64,000 bases of DNA from NCBI GenBank assembly GCA_963845755.1, contig CAWJTV010000047.1, positions 192,001-256,000 of the forward strand, in the 5' to 3' direction. This DNA is from an uncultured Planctomycetota bacterium (GTDB taxonomy: Bacteria > Planctomycetota > Planctomycetia > Isosphaerales > Isosphaeraceae). A program made the translations under genes and the position numbers. This document shows, piece by piece, positions 33,307-43,692 of the stretch (positions are counted from its first letter, which is position 1; every line of letters starts with the position of its first letter). The notes below the pieces were generated by a model. The model saw nothing but the letters and a program-made list of their open reading frames with translations, was not told where the DNA came from and ran no database searches.

Positions 33307-33465
33307 ATGGCTACCAAGTCCCCGTCGAAGAACCGTCGCCCGTCGCAGCCGCATGCCCTTCATAAGCCTCGGGGGGTCATTCACCCGCGCGTCCAAGCGG
33401 TCGGACCGGAGCACTTCGGCTTGGTGTGCGTCGATTGCGCCAAGGAGGATGAAAAGGGGACATAA
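33307..33465 (+). pseudogene. 5' fragment of an IS110-family (DEDD) transposase
   Basis: GGAGG then ATG. MATKSPSKNRRPSQPHALHKPRGVIHPRVQAVGPEHFGLVCVDCAK resembles, from recall, planctomycete IS110 N-termini with the first catalytic Asp in a DxAK motif. It is cut off by the palindrome. Confidence 0.6.
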
Positions 33466-33524
33466 CTAATAAATTGAGTTCAACTGGAGTCTGAGTGAGC
33501 GGATTTATTAGTTATGTCCCCTTT
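33453..33524. repeat. REPIN-like palindrome (22-bp arms, 28-nt spacer)
   Basis: AAAGGGGACATAACTAATAAAT (33453-33474) and its exact reverse complement (33503-33524). Same core as the RAYT ends. A C/T tract follows to about 33559. Confidence 0.9.
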
Positions 33525-33559
33525 CCCCCCTTCTCCCCCCTTTTTCCCTTTTTTCCTTC

Positions 33560-34239
33560 GAGCAGATCATGCCCGCCCTGCGCCGGGCCGGGATTCCCGT
33601 GCGCTGGACGGACCTGGTCGTCCGGCATACGGGCTACGTCGACGTCGCCTTGCGAGCGCAAAGCTCGATCGCGGCAGCCGGATTCTTCAGGGAGAGCTGA
33701 AGCACCGTCCCGATGAGCCGTTCATCCTGTTCAACCTGGGCGCGATCGCCGTCAAGCGGCGCAACTGGCGCGGGGCGCTCGATTACCTGCTCCAGAGCCT
33801 GGCGCGGTCGGCGCCGAGCGACTCGATCACCCGAAAGCTGTTCGCCCTGATCGCCCGATCGCACCAGATGCTGGGGGAGACCGCCGAGGCGCTGCGAACG
33901 TGTTCGGAAGGATTATCGCTCGACGATCAGGACGCCGAGCTGTTGTTCCGCAAGGCGGTGGTGCATCGGCAGCGGGGCGAGTCGTCCGAGGCCGAAGCGT
34001 GCTGGCGGCGAATCCTCGGACTGCGGCGTCCCGAACAGTTCGCCAGCCTGGACATGGGCATCTATGGCCACCTCACCCGGCGCAATCTCGCCGTGCTGGC
34101 CCAGGAACGCGGCGACGCGGTCGAGGCCGCCGAACACTGGCATGCCGTGCTCGCCGAGTGCTCCGGCGACCGCGAGGCCCGCGTCATGCTCGAACGATTC
34201 CCGCGGATCGCCAAGAGCAACGAGCGAGCCCCCACCTGA
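33560..34239 (+). pseudogene. 3' fragment of a glycosyltransferase-2/TPR protein (frameshift near 33658)
   Basis: EQIMPALRRAGIPVRWTDLVVRHTGY (the HEQ...HxGY end of GT2-TPR proteins), then TPRs (FILFNLG, AELLFRKA). No N-terminus. Confidence 0.7.
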
Positions 34240-34254
34240 ATCTGAGAGAACCCC

Positions 34255-34971
34255 AGACACTCCTCGCTGGACACCGCCGCATCCTCAACGCAACGCTTCG
34301 AGATCTTTTCCGGGAGTTCTCGCCCGAGACGACCGGTGGCCGTGCCCGTCTCAGCGGTCGTTTTGGGCGTAGGCCTCGAGGGACCCTCAGGGCCGATCAC
34401 CGTGCCGTCCGCCCCGTTCCCACCCGACGACCCGGCGCAAACCACAGCGCTTTTTTTTTCAAAAAAAAATGGATCTCTCACTCCTGTTGAGATTTCGGAC
34501 GCGAAAAATCGTCACTTCGGGCATAGGTGCATTAACGAAATTCCAAAGTTGAGGCATCCTGATAATAGAGGGCTCATCAGCGGGCTTACACGATCAGTTC
34601 CCCGCCGCGTCCGAGGCGCCATCACAACCCATGTCCGGTGATCCTGGAACTCGTCACCTTCGGCCGTCGGCCGGTCGCCGAAACCGACTGGACCGACCCG
34701 GCAAGCGCTGGTCCCGAACGCATTTCAGGCCAACGAGATCGGGGATGGGGACATTTCCGATTTGTTACATGGCGTGCCACTTTGTGCCGCGATGCGCGCC
34801 GCCAGCCGGGGGTCCCGCGCAATCACTCCGGTCTAATACGATGGTCTTGATCGAGGAGCATCGGAAACCCCGAACATGGCCGATCCTGCAAGGGCCTGGG
34901 TGCCAGGCCGTTACCAGGAAGGACCCTCGTCAAGCCGGTGAGAATGCGGTGGTCTCCAGCGAGGAGTGTCT
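34255..34971. mobile_element. 717-bp segment bounded by 33-bp inverted repeats (MITE-like)
   Basis: 34255-34287 versus the reverse complement of 34939-34971: 30 of 33 identical. No convincing internal gene. Confidence 0.55.
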
Positions 34972-34999
34972 CAATAATCCTAAACCTCGCAGCCGGGAT

Positions 35000-37115
35000 T
35001 CACGGCTCCGAAACCAGGATGATCATCGAGTGTTCGCGGACCGTGTAGGGTTGGCGGATCGGGACCCGGGGGCCGTGATCCTCGGCGACGATGTCCTCGG
35101 GCGAGGGCAGGGCCGTATCGACGACCCGACGCCAGGCGCGGCCCGAGGGCGCCGCGGGGATCCGGAACTCGAGTGGGTCGTGGTAGGCGTTCATGGCGAC
35201 GTAGATGTCGCGGTCGACGAAGTTGGGGCGATCGGATCGGCGGCCGTCCATCGCGAAAGCCAGCGTGTGGCTCTCGTTGCGGAAATCGGGCCAGTCGGGC
35301 GCGACCCCATGCCACACGATCTCCGGCGGCAGGTCCCCACTTGCCCCGGAAAAGAACGTCCGCCGTCTCAGGACCGGATGGGCCTGCCGGAAGGCGATGA
35401 TCCTCCGCATGAACCGGAGGAAATCGGCGTTCTTCTCCCGGAAGGACCAGTCCAACCAGCTCAGCGAATTATCCTGGCACCAGGCGTTGTTATTGCCGTC
35501 GCTGGGTGCGCAGGAACTCGTCCCCGCCGAGGATCATGGGTACGCCCTGGCTGATCATCAGCGTGGTCATCAAGTTGCGCACCTGTTGGCGACGGATCCG
35601 GAGAACCTCCGGGTCGGCGGTCGTCCCTTCGACGCCGCAGTTCCACGTCCAGTTCGTGTCGTTGCCGTCGCGGTTCCGCTCCCCGTTGGCTTCATTATGC
35701 TTGTGGTCATAAGAAACCAGATCGTTGAGCGTGAATCCGTCGTGACAGCAGAGGAAATTGATCGAGTGGAGTGGTCCCCGGCCCTGATAGAGGTCATCGC
35801 TGCCGCAAATGCGCGTGGCGAGCGCCGAGGTCATCCCGGGGTCGCCCCGCCAGAACCGCCGGACATCATCGCGGAACCGGCCGTTCCAGTCGGACCAGCG
35901 CCCCTCACCCGGGAACGTGCCGACCTGGTAGAGCCCGGCCGCGTCCCACGGCTCGGCGATTAACTTGGTGTCGCGGAGCAGCGAATCCTCCGAGATCCGC
36001 TTGATCACCGGCGGCTCGACGAGCACCTTGCCGTGGCGGTCGCGCCCCAGCACCGAGGCCAGATCGAATCGGAATCCGTCCACGCCGCCCTCGGCGACCC
36101 AGTTCCGCAGGCAATCCAACAGGTAGTTGCGCACAACCGGATGGTCGCTGCTGAACGTATTACCACATCCGCTGTAATTCAAGTAATGGCCTTGCTCGTC
36201 CAGCATGTAGAACAGGGTGTTATCCACACCGCGGAAGTTATAGGTTCGGCCGTCGTCGCTCCCCTCGGCGGTGTGGTTGAAGACCACATCGAGGTAGACC
36301 TCGATCCCGGCGGAGTGGAACGCATCCACCATCAGGCAAAACTCCTGCCAGGGTCCGCCTCGCTCGGGATGATGGGCATACGCCGCCTTCGGGGCACAGA
36401 ATGCGATCGTGTTGTATCCCCAGAGGTTTCTCAGGGATTCACCGGTAAGAGGATTGACGAACGGACAGTCGTTCTCGTCGAACTCATCGATCGGTAGGAC
36501 CTCGACGGCCGTGATCCCCAGGTCTTTCAGCCACTCGATCTTCTCGATGAGGCCGAGATACGTCCCCGGGCGCCGGACAGCCGAGCTGGGGTCGATCGTG
36601 TAGCCGCGGACGTGGAGCTCGTAAATGATCGTGTCTTCGAGGGGCGTTCGGGGATTGATCGCGCGCTCGCGTTCCGTCGAGGCGTCCGTCATCAGGCTGC
36701 GACGGGGTAGCCCTTCGCCGGTCCCCCACGGGCGTCCGCATGAGAGCGCGCGAGCGTACGGGTCGAGCAAGATCTTCTCGCGGTCGTAGCGGTGACCGTT
36801 GTCCGTGGGGCCGTCGACCCGGTAGCCATAGCAGAATTCTTCCGGCAGCCCATCGACCTGGATGTGCCAGTGGTCGCCGGTCCGATTCAGGAGCGGGTCG
36901 AGCGGGATCTCGGCATGGATGGCGCCGTCACAAGGCTCAGAGAGGATCAACCAGACCGCCGTTCCGTGCCGGCAGAGCAAGACGAAATTGATCCCGGCCG
37001 GCGTCGGAGTCGCCCCCGCGGGGAGCGGACTGCCGCGCGTGACGAGCAGCATCCGATCGCGATACGTGTACTCGATCCCGGGAATCGACTGAGGTTGGAT
37101 CGTCGTGATTGACAT
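35000..37115 (-). CDS. glgX: Glycogen debranching enzyme (frameshift near 35499)
   Basis: IIYELHVRGY, WGYNT, LDVVFNHTAEG, DGFRFDLAS, KLIAEPWD, HDGFTLNDLVSY, GGDEFLRTQ-GNNNAWCQDN. Confidence 0.93.
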
Positions 37116-37387
37116 TAACTCGTTGTCCGGATCGTAGGAGAGGAGCGGCCCGATCGGGACGGGGTCGCGGCCGATCGAGACGATTCTCGGATGGAACGGG
37201 ATTTGAAACAACGGGAAAACCGCGATATCCTGGAACACATGGACTCGAACGGGTCCGGAAGCACCTCTCGCACCCGAGGGGCTTGGCTACCGCCCCGATG
37301 ACCCGCCACAATGGCCCCGCCCACCGGTCCTGGCCGGGGGCGGGATCCTTTCCGGCGCGGCGGCCGGACGAAACAGGAGCCGACTTG

Positions 37388-39722
37388 ATGATATTCCTTC
37401 GACTAACGGCCTGGCTCCTGGCGCCGATCGCGATCGTCCTGGCGAGTTCCGAGCATACCGCCGCCGGCCCGTCGGACGTCGATTTCAACCGCGACATCCG
37501 GCCAATCCTGTCCGAGACCTGCTATCAGTGCCACGGTCCGGATCACAACAAGCTCAAGGCCGACTTGCGCCTGGACACGCGTGCCGGGCTGTTCCGGTCG
37601 GCGGAAGGTTCGACGGTCGTCGTCCCGGGTAAGCCCGATGAGAGCGAACTCTTGATCCGGCTCACCGCCGAAGACGACGAGACACGCATGCCGCCTCCCA
37701 AGGCGAGCAAGCGACTTACACCCGGCCAGATCGATCGGATCCGGCGATGGATTCAGCAGGGAGCAGTCTGGAAGGGGCACTGGGCCTACATCCCTCCGAG
37801 CCGTCCGTACACTTCCGACCTGCCGAGAGCCGACGATCCCATCGACCGGTTCCTCCTCGCGCGGATGAACGGGGAGGGGCTTGAGCCCTCGCCGGAGGCC
37901 GATCGCTCCACCCTGATCCGCCGCCTCAGTCTCGACCTGCTCGGCTTGCCGCCGACGCCGAAGGAGGTGGACGCGTTCGTCCACGACACTCGGCCCGACG
38001 CCTACGAACATCTTGTCGACCGGCTCCTGGCCTCGCCGCATTATGGTGAGCGGATGGCGATCTTCTGGCTGGATCTGGTCCGTTTTGCGGACACGCAAGG
38101 CTATCATAGCGATAACCACATGGACATCTGGCCGTTCCGCGACTACGTGATCCGTTCATTCAACGCCAACAAGCCCTTCGACCAGTTGACCATCGAACAT
38201 CTTGCCGGCGACCTGATTCCGTCCCCGACCGACGAGAGCCGCATCGCCTCGGGCTATAACCGGCTGCTCCAGACCACCCAGGAGGGCGGGGCACAGGCCA
38301 AGGAGTACATCGCAAAGTACGCGGCGGACCGCGTGCGGAACGTCTCGACGGTCTGGTTGGGGGCCACGCTGGGCTGCGCCGAGTGCCACGATCACAAGTT
38401 CGACCCGTTCACGACGCGCGAGTTCTACAGTCTCGCCGCCTTCTTCGCCGATGTGAAGGAGACGATTATCGCGCGCAGGAGCCCACTCGGTTTCCACGTC
38501 CGGGGCAGTCGGCCGACCTGCAGCCGCTGGAGGAGCGCCGGTCGGTTCTTAAGAAGATCAAGAGCCCATCACCAGACCAGAAGAAGGAACTTGCCGACCT
38601 GGACCGCAAGATCGCCGAGCTGGTGGGCAAGATCCCGGCCTCGCTCGTCTCGACGGCGATCCCTCCCCGGGAGATGCACGTGCTCCCGCGAGGCAACTGG
38701 ATGGACGACTCGGGTCCGATCGTGCTACCCGACGTGCCGTCATCCTTGCCCCCGTTGGGGGTCAAGGACCGCCGCGCATCCCGGCTCGACCTGGCACGCT
38801 GGCTCGTCTCGGGACGCAACCCGCTGGTCGCCCGCGTCATGGTGAATCGGCTCTGGAAGCTGGCGTTCGGCCAGGGACTCGTGGCGACGGCCGACGACTT
38901 CGGCTCGCAGGGGACCTGGCCGACCCACCCCGAACTGCTCGACTGGCTCGCTTGCGAGTTCGTCGACAGTGGCTGGGACATCCGCGCGATGCTCAAGCGG
39001 CTGGTGATGTCCGCGGCCTACCGCCAATCCTCGCGCTCACGCCCCGCCGACCAGCAGCGCAATCCCGCCAACCGCTGGGTCTCGCGTCAGAACGCCTTCC
39101 GGCTCGACGCCGAACTTGTCCGGGACAACGCGCTGGCGATCAGCGGCCTGCTCTCGGAGCAGATCGGCGGGCCCAGCGTCAAGCCCTATCAGCCGGAGGG
39201 ATACTGGGTCTTCCTCAACTTTCCCAAGCGCGAGTATCAGGCCGACCATGGGAAGAACGAGTATCGTCGGGGGCTCTATACCTACTGGCAGCGGACGTTC
39301 CTGCACCCGAGCCTGCTCGCGTTCGATGCGTTCGAACGCGCGAGGAATGCGTCGTCCAGCGCCCGCGGTCGAACACCCCGCTCCAGGCACTCGTCTTGCT
39401 GAACGACCCGACTTACGTCGAGGCGGCGCGGGTCCTGGCCGCTCGACTGATCCGAGAGGCGTCCATCGACCCGTCGGCCCGCCTCGACCTCGCGTTCCGC
39501 CTTGCACTGGCACGTCCGCCGCGTCCCGAGGAGACCACGATCCTAACCCGGCTCCTGATCAAGCACGAGCAGCAGTATCAGGACGATCCCGCCTCGGCGC
39601 ACGCCCTGCTGGGCATCGGAGATGCACCCGTCCCTGACGGACTCAACGTGGCCGAGCTGGCCGCCTGGACCTCCGTCACCCGCACACTACTGAACCTCCA
39701 CGAGACGATCACCCGGAACTGA
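37388..39722 (+). CDS. Planctomycete cytochrome c / DUF1549 / DUF1553 (PSD1) protein (frameshifts near 38475 and 39335)
   Basis: VDFNRDIRPILSETCYQCHG, LIRRLSLDLLGLPP, CAECHDHKFDP, ARVMVNRLW, PTHPELLDWLA, NTPLQALVLLND, LLNLHETITRN. Confidence 0.92.
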
Positions 39723-39725
39723 CTC

Positions 39726-41168
39726 ATGGATTTCCTCTCCGACAATCTGATACCCCGAATCCATCGACGGACATTCCTGAGCCGTTCGATCACGGGCATC
39801 GGCACGATGGCGCTGGCATCGCTACTCGAGCCGAGCCTATTGACGGCGGCCGACCGGACCCCATCGCGCGATCGGTGGACTGGCGTGGTCCATCCGCTCC
39901 ATCTGGTCCCCCGCGCCAAGCGGATCATTTATCTCTACATGGCCGGCGGTCCATCGCACCTGGAGACCTTCGATTCGAAGCCCGATCTGGCCCGGATGCA
40001 CGGCAAGCCCATGCCCGAGTCGTTCACCAAAGGCATGCCGATCGCCCAGCTCCAGGGCCACAAGCTCGTCTGCTTCGCGCCCCAGCACCCGTTCCGTCGC
40101 TGCGGCTCCAACGGCCAGGAGATCAGCGCGATCTTCCCCCACGTCGCCACGGTCGCCGATGAGATCTGCATCATCCGTTCGATGGTGACCGAAGCGATCA
40201 ACCACGATCCCGCGCACACCTTTATGAATACGGGGACATCCATCTCCGGTCAACCGGCGATGGGGTCCTGGATGACCTACGGGCTCGGGAGCGAGAGTGA
40301 GGATCTTCCGGGTTTCGTCGTGTTGACCTCGACGGGCAGTTTCGGCCAGGCGCAGCCGATTTCCACCCGGCAATGGCACAGCGGCTTCTTGCCCAGCCGG
40401 TTCCAGGGCGTCCGGTTCTACTCCCAGGGCGATCCGGTCCTCTACCTGGGACGGCCGAAAGGAACGACCGTGGAGCGCCAGCGCGATGTGGTCAACGCGG
40501 TCCAGCACCTCAATCAGCTCGAGAACGAGCGGATTGAAGATCCCGAGATCGCCACCCGGATCACCGCGTACGAGACCGCCTTCCGGATGCAGAGCAGCGT
40601 CCCGGAGTTGACCGACCTCTCCAACGAGCCGAGGCATGTCCTCGACCTGTACGGCACTGAGGGCGCGGATGGGTCATTTGCCGCCAACTGCTTGCTCGCT
40701 CGACGACTGGCCGAGCGCGGCGTGCGCTTCATCCAGCTCTATCACCGCGACTGGGACCATCACGGGGCAATCAAGGAACACGTCGCCGGGACGGCCCGAG
40801 AGGTCGATCAGGGTGCCGCCGCTCTCATCAAGGATCTGAAGCAGCGCGGGATGCTCGACGACACCCTCGTCGTCTGGGGAGGCGAATTCGGCCGCACGCC
40901 CATGGCACAGGGCAACGGCCGCGATCACCACATCAAGGGCTTCTCTATCTGGATGGCTGGCGGAGGGATCAAGGGGGGGATTACCCATGGTGCGACCGAC
41001 GAATTCGGTTACTCTGCCGTCCGCGACGTGGTCCCGGTCCACGACCTGCACGCGACCATTCTGGCCCTCTTCGGGATCGACCACCGCCGGTTGGTCTATC
41101 GTTTTCAAGGGCGTGATTTCCGCCTCACCGACGTCTCCGGCCAGGTCGTGAAACCTCTGCTCGCGTGA
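39726..41168 (+). CDS. DUF1501 family protein with Tat signal
   Basis: RRTFL, AKRIIYLYMAGGPSHLETFD, LLARRLAERGVRFIQ, WDHH, GEFGRTP, GRDH, FRLTDV. Confidence 0.93.
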   Translation: MDFLSDNLIPRIHRRTFLSRSITGIGTMALASLLEPSLLTAADRTPSRDRWTGVVHPLHLVPRAKRIIYLYMAGGPSHLETFDSKPDLARMHGKPMPESFTKGMPIAQLQGHKLVCFAPQHPFRRCGSNGQEISAIFPHVATVADEICIIRSMVTEAINHDPAHTFMNTGTSISGQPAMGSWMTYGLGSESEDLPGFVVLTSTGSFGQAQPISTRQWHSGFLPSRFQGVRFYSQGDPVLYLGRPKGTTVERQRDVVNAVQHLNQLENERIEDPEIATRITAYETAFRMQSSVPELTDLSNEPRHVLDLYGTEGADGSFAANCLLARRLAERGVRFIQLYHRDWDHHGAIKEHVAGTAREVDQGAAALIKDLKQRGMLDDTLVVWGGEFGRTPMAQGNGRDHHIKGFSIWMAGGGIKGGITHGATDEFGYSAVRDVVPVHDLHATILALFGIDHRRLVYRFQGRDFRLTDVSGQVVKPLLA

Positions 41169-41342
41169 GACCCGGCGCAGATTCGAACGAATCGAGCCGA
41201 ACCTTTCCTCCCAGGATTGCTCGGGAGAACCGGTTCGGCTCTTGGGACTCTCTCGTTCCAAATCCCTTTGCCGGCGACAGATGAGTTGATTCGCGAGGCA
41301 AGCCGTCAACGCGATGGGAATGGGAGCGTTGGAAACGATCCG

Positions 41343-41540
41343 TCAACGCTCGCCAGCGCTGCGGTCACCAATTCGGCCACCACGGCTGGAGTTGGCATAA
41401 GCCGCGGTGAGCATACCCAGAAGTGCGGCGCGGCGGCCTGCGCGGTTCGACCGGACGCCCCGGCGAACGCGAGCGACAGCGCCCGCCCATTCAAATCCAT
41501 CATGCACAGGTGCGATCTTCTTGGACTTCGATTCGTTCAT
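41343..41540 (-). CDS. Possible small basic protein (65 aa)
   Basis: GGGAG 9 nt before ATG 41540, in an otherwise empty 830-bp gap. No recognisable motif. Confidence 0.35.
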   Translation of the reverse strand: MNESKSKKIAPVHDGFEWAGAVARVRRGVRSNRAGRRAALLGMLTAAYANSSRGGRIGDRSAGER

Positions 41541-41997
41541 CGAACAAAACTCCCACGAGTAGAAACGCGGCCCAAACAGTAGGTCCACGCTCCACATTCC
41601 CTTGGGCCGGGACGAACACCAATTCTTCCCGGCGGCGGCCGTCCTGGCATTAGTGAGTGAATGTCGCCACGGGTCGCCACCCGTTGCCGATCATCTCGCG
41701 ATGTGCGAGGCTCTTGACGAGCCTCGAGCCGCGACTTTGCAGCGACACAGCGATCGAATCAAGAGGATGCCGACCGCTGAGAGCCATCCGAAATCGCCAG
41801 AACCAGGTCCCTATCTCATCGGTATCTTTCACCCTTGACTTTTGAGCGGTGCACTGGCTACCCAGGCTCGCCAAGTCAGATCGTCTGGCCCGCGAATTCG
41901 TTAGCGTCCCTTTCCAGGGACATGAGCACGACCATAGAAATGTAACAGCACGCCCACCATTCGTCTAGCAAAAAGTGAATGGAATTGAGGTTTTGCC

Positions 41998-43416
41998 TCA
42001 ATCGGGCCGCCGATCCACATCTTGGGCACGAAGATTGACTTTTTCCAAGGGCGCATTTCGCTCAATAGCCGGCGGGGGAACCACTTTTTTTTCGCTCGCC
42101 CCGGGTTGCCCCATCAACAGCCACCAGATCAACGCCAGGGTGCTAGTGGCATTGAATAACGCGTGCATGCAGATGGTGGCGAGCAGGCTGCCCGTTCGGT
42201 AATAAATCACTCCCAAGCCAATCGCGAGAATGAAAATGGGGATCGGCGCAGGCCACTGACCCGCATGGAGCATGGCAAAGATCAGGGATGTGAGGACGAT
42301 TCCGGCCCCCGCGGAGACAGGAGACGGTAGGCGAGGAGGGGAAGCCTTGGACGCGGGGAGGGCGGGAACTCGGTCCTCGGCCGACCAGTATTCGTAGGAC
42401 CATTCACGGCTCATGGCATCGGGGACGGCCTCGCTTTCCGGCGGGCAGGCCGTACGCTCGGTGGATTCGGCTTCTTCGAGCCTCCCCGAATCGACAGGCG
42501 ACGGATTGGGCTCGTCGGCGAAATAAATATCGCCATCAAGGCCCCGGGGTTCGACCGACCTGATTCCGAAGTTACCTCGAAACCGCTCCAGCAGTTCAAT
42601 GAGCCAGCTCTGGAAGATCCCCCGAAACATCAACTCCTCGAAGATCGGGGCCAGGATGACCGCGGTGACGAGTGCCAGTCCCGCCACACCACCCGAGAAT
42701 TGTTCCCGGAGCATTCGCTCGACCGGATGGCGGGATTGCTCATCGAACGGCCCCAGGAGTTTGAGGGCGAGATGCTGGGTTCCCATGATGATCGGCAGGA
42801 GGTAGAGGACGGCGACGAGGCCGATCATCACCTGGCGGCCCCAGTGATCGAGGCTCAACCCCAGGTCGTTGAGCCTGGCCCCTGAAGTGCCTCTGAGGAC
42901 CATCGGCAGCAGCAAAAGAAGGAAGGTGTTGACCACGGCCTGGATCGACATTAACTCGAGCAGAGAGAACTCCTTGGCGTCCTTCTTGTTCTCGATCCCG
43001 GAGGTTGGATTCGCGGGTGGTAAATCGGGCTCCTCGGCTTGATCGGTTTCGGCCGATCGCAATGCAGCCTGCTTCGGCGCCGGGGAATCGGGTTTTTCCA
43101 CGGTCACATGGGGAGCCGCCTTCGTTGCCGCCGGCACTTCGTCGCTAGGTGATCCGCGGGTCACCAGCGCATACCCCTTGAACAGCAGGAGATTCGCCGC
43201 AACGTAAAGAACGAAGACAATGAGAACGGTCCCGGAGCCCCAGGGCGTCCTGCCTCGAGCCACCAGCGGCCTCTCGGGGAATAGCGGCCGTCCCTTCAGG
43301 AGATTCCAGAGGATCCAGCACCAGCTTGCGCCGATCCCAAAAAGGATGGACATCATCACCAGCTCGATGATGTGCAGGAGAACCAGTCTGGGTTCGAGCA
43401 TTGCCATGAGGAACAC
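41998..43416 (-). CDS. CPBP/Abi (CAAX-type) intramembrane protease
   Basis: APIFEELMFRG, FAMLH, MHALFN and multiple TM helices. Confidence 0.88.
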   Translation of the reverse strand: MFLMAMLEPRLVLLHIIELVMMSILFGIGASWCWILWNLLKGRPLFPERPLVARGRTPWGSGTVLIVFVLYVAANLLLFKGYALVTRGSPSDEVPAATKAAPHVTVEKPDSPAPKQAALRSAETDQAEEPDLPPANPTSGIENKKDAKEFSLLELMSIQAVVNTFLLLLLPMVLRGTSGARLNDLGLSLDHWGRQVMIGLVAVLYLLPIIMGTQHLALKLLGPFDEQSRHPVERMLREQFSGGVAGLALVTAVILAPIFEELMFRGIFQSWLIELLERFRGNFGIRSVEPRGLDGDIYFADEPNPSPVDSGRLEEAESTERTACPPESEAVPDAMSREWSYEYWSAEDRVPALPASKASPPRLPSPVSAGAGIVLTSLIFAMLHAGQWPAPIPIFILAIGLGVIYYRTGSLLATICMHALFNATSTLALIWWLLMGQPGASEKKVVPPPAIERNAPLEKVNLRAQDVDRRPD

Positions 43417-43692
43417 CCATCTCCGATCTCGCCGGATCCCATCTCTCTCTTAGTAAGATCGTACAGTCGAACCGACGTGTGACCAGAGGTTAGCGCGCTC
43501 CGGACCTGGTGGAAACGTCCCCGTCGCCGGGTATCCGCGGGCTCTCGACGGATGGCCGCCGTGGCGCATCGGGTAGACGGTTCACCGTCCGGTCTTTACG
43601 AGTCGTCCCTGAATTGCCACCATGAATCACGGTCACGAGGGAGATTCCGACCCGTCTTCACACGCCACGATCGAGCCAGCCTGGGAGTACCC

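Noticed and set aside
34631..35554. 307 aa plus-strand ORF as the transposase of the 33-bp IR element
   Set aside because: It crosses the right arm into antisense glgX and has no transposase motifs.
43420..43690. T-box leader for tyrS
   Set aside because: No T-box consensus or terminator/antiterminator is seen; the region is a divergent promoter.
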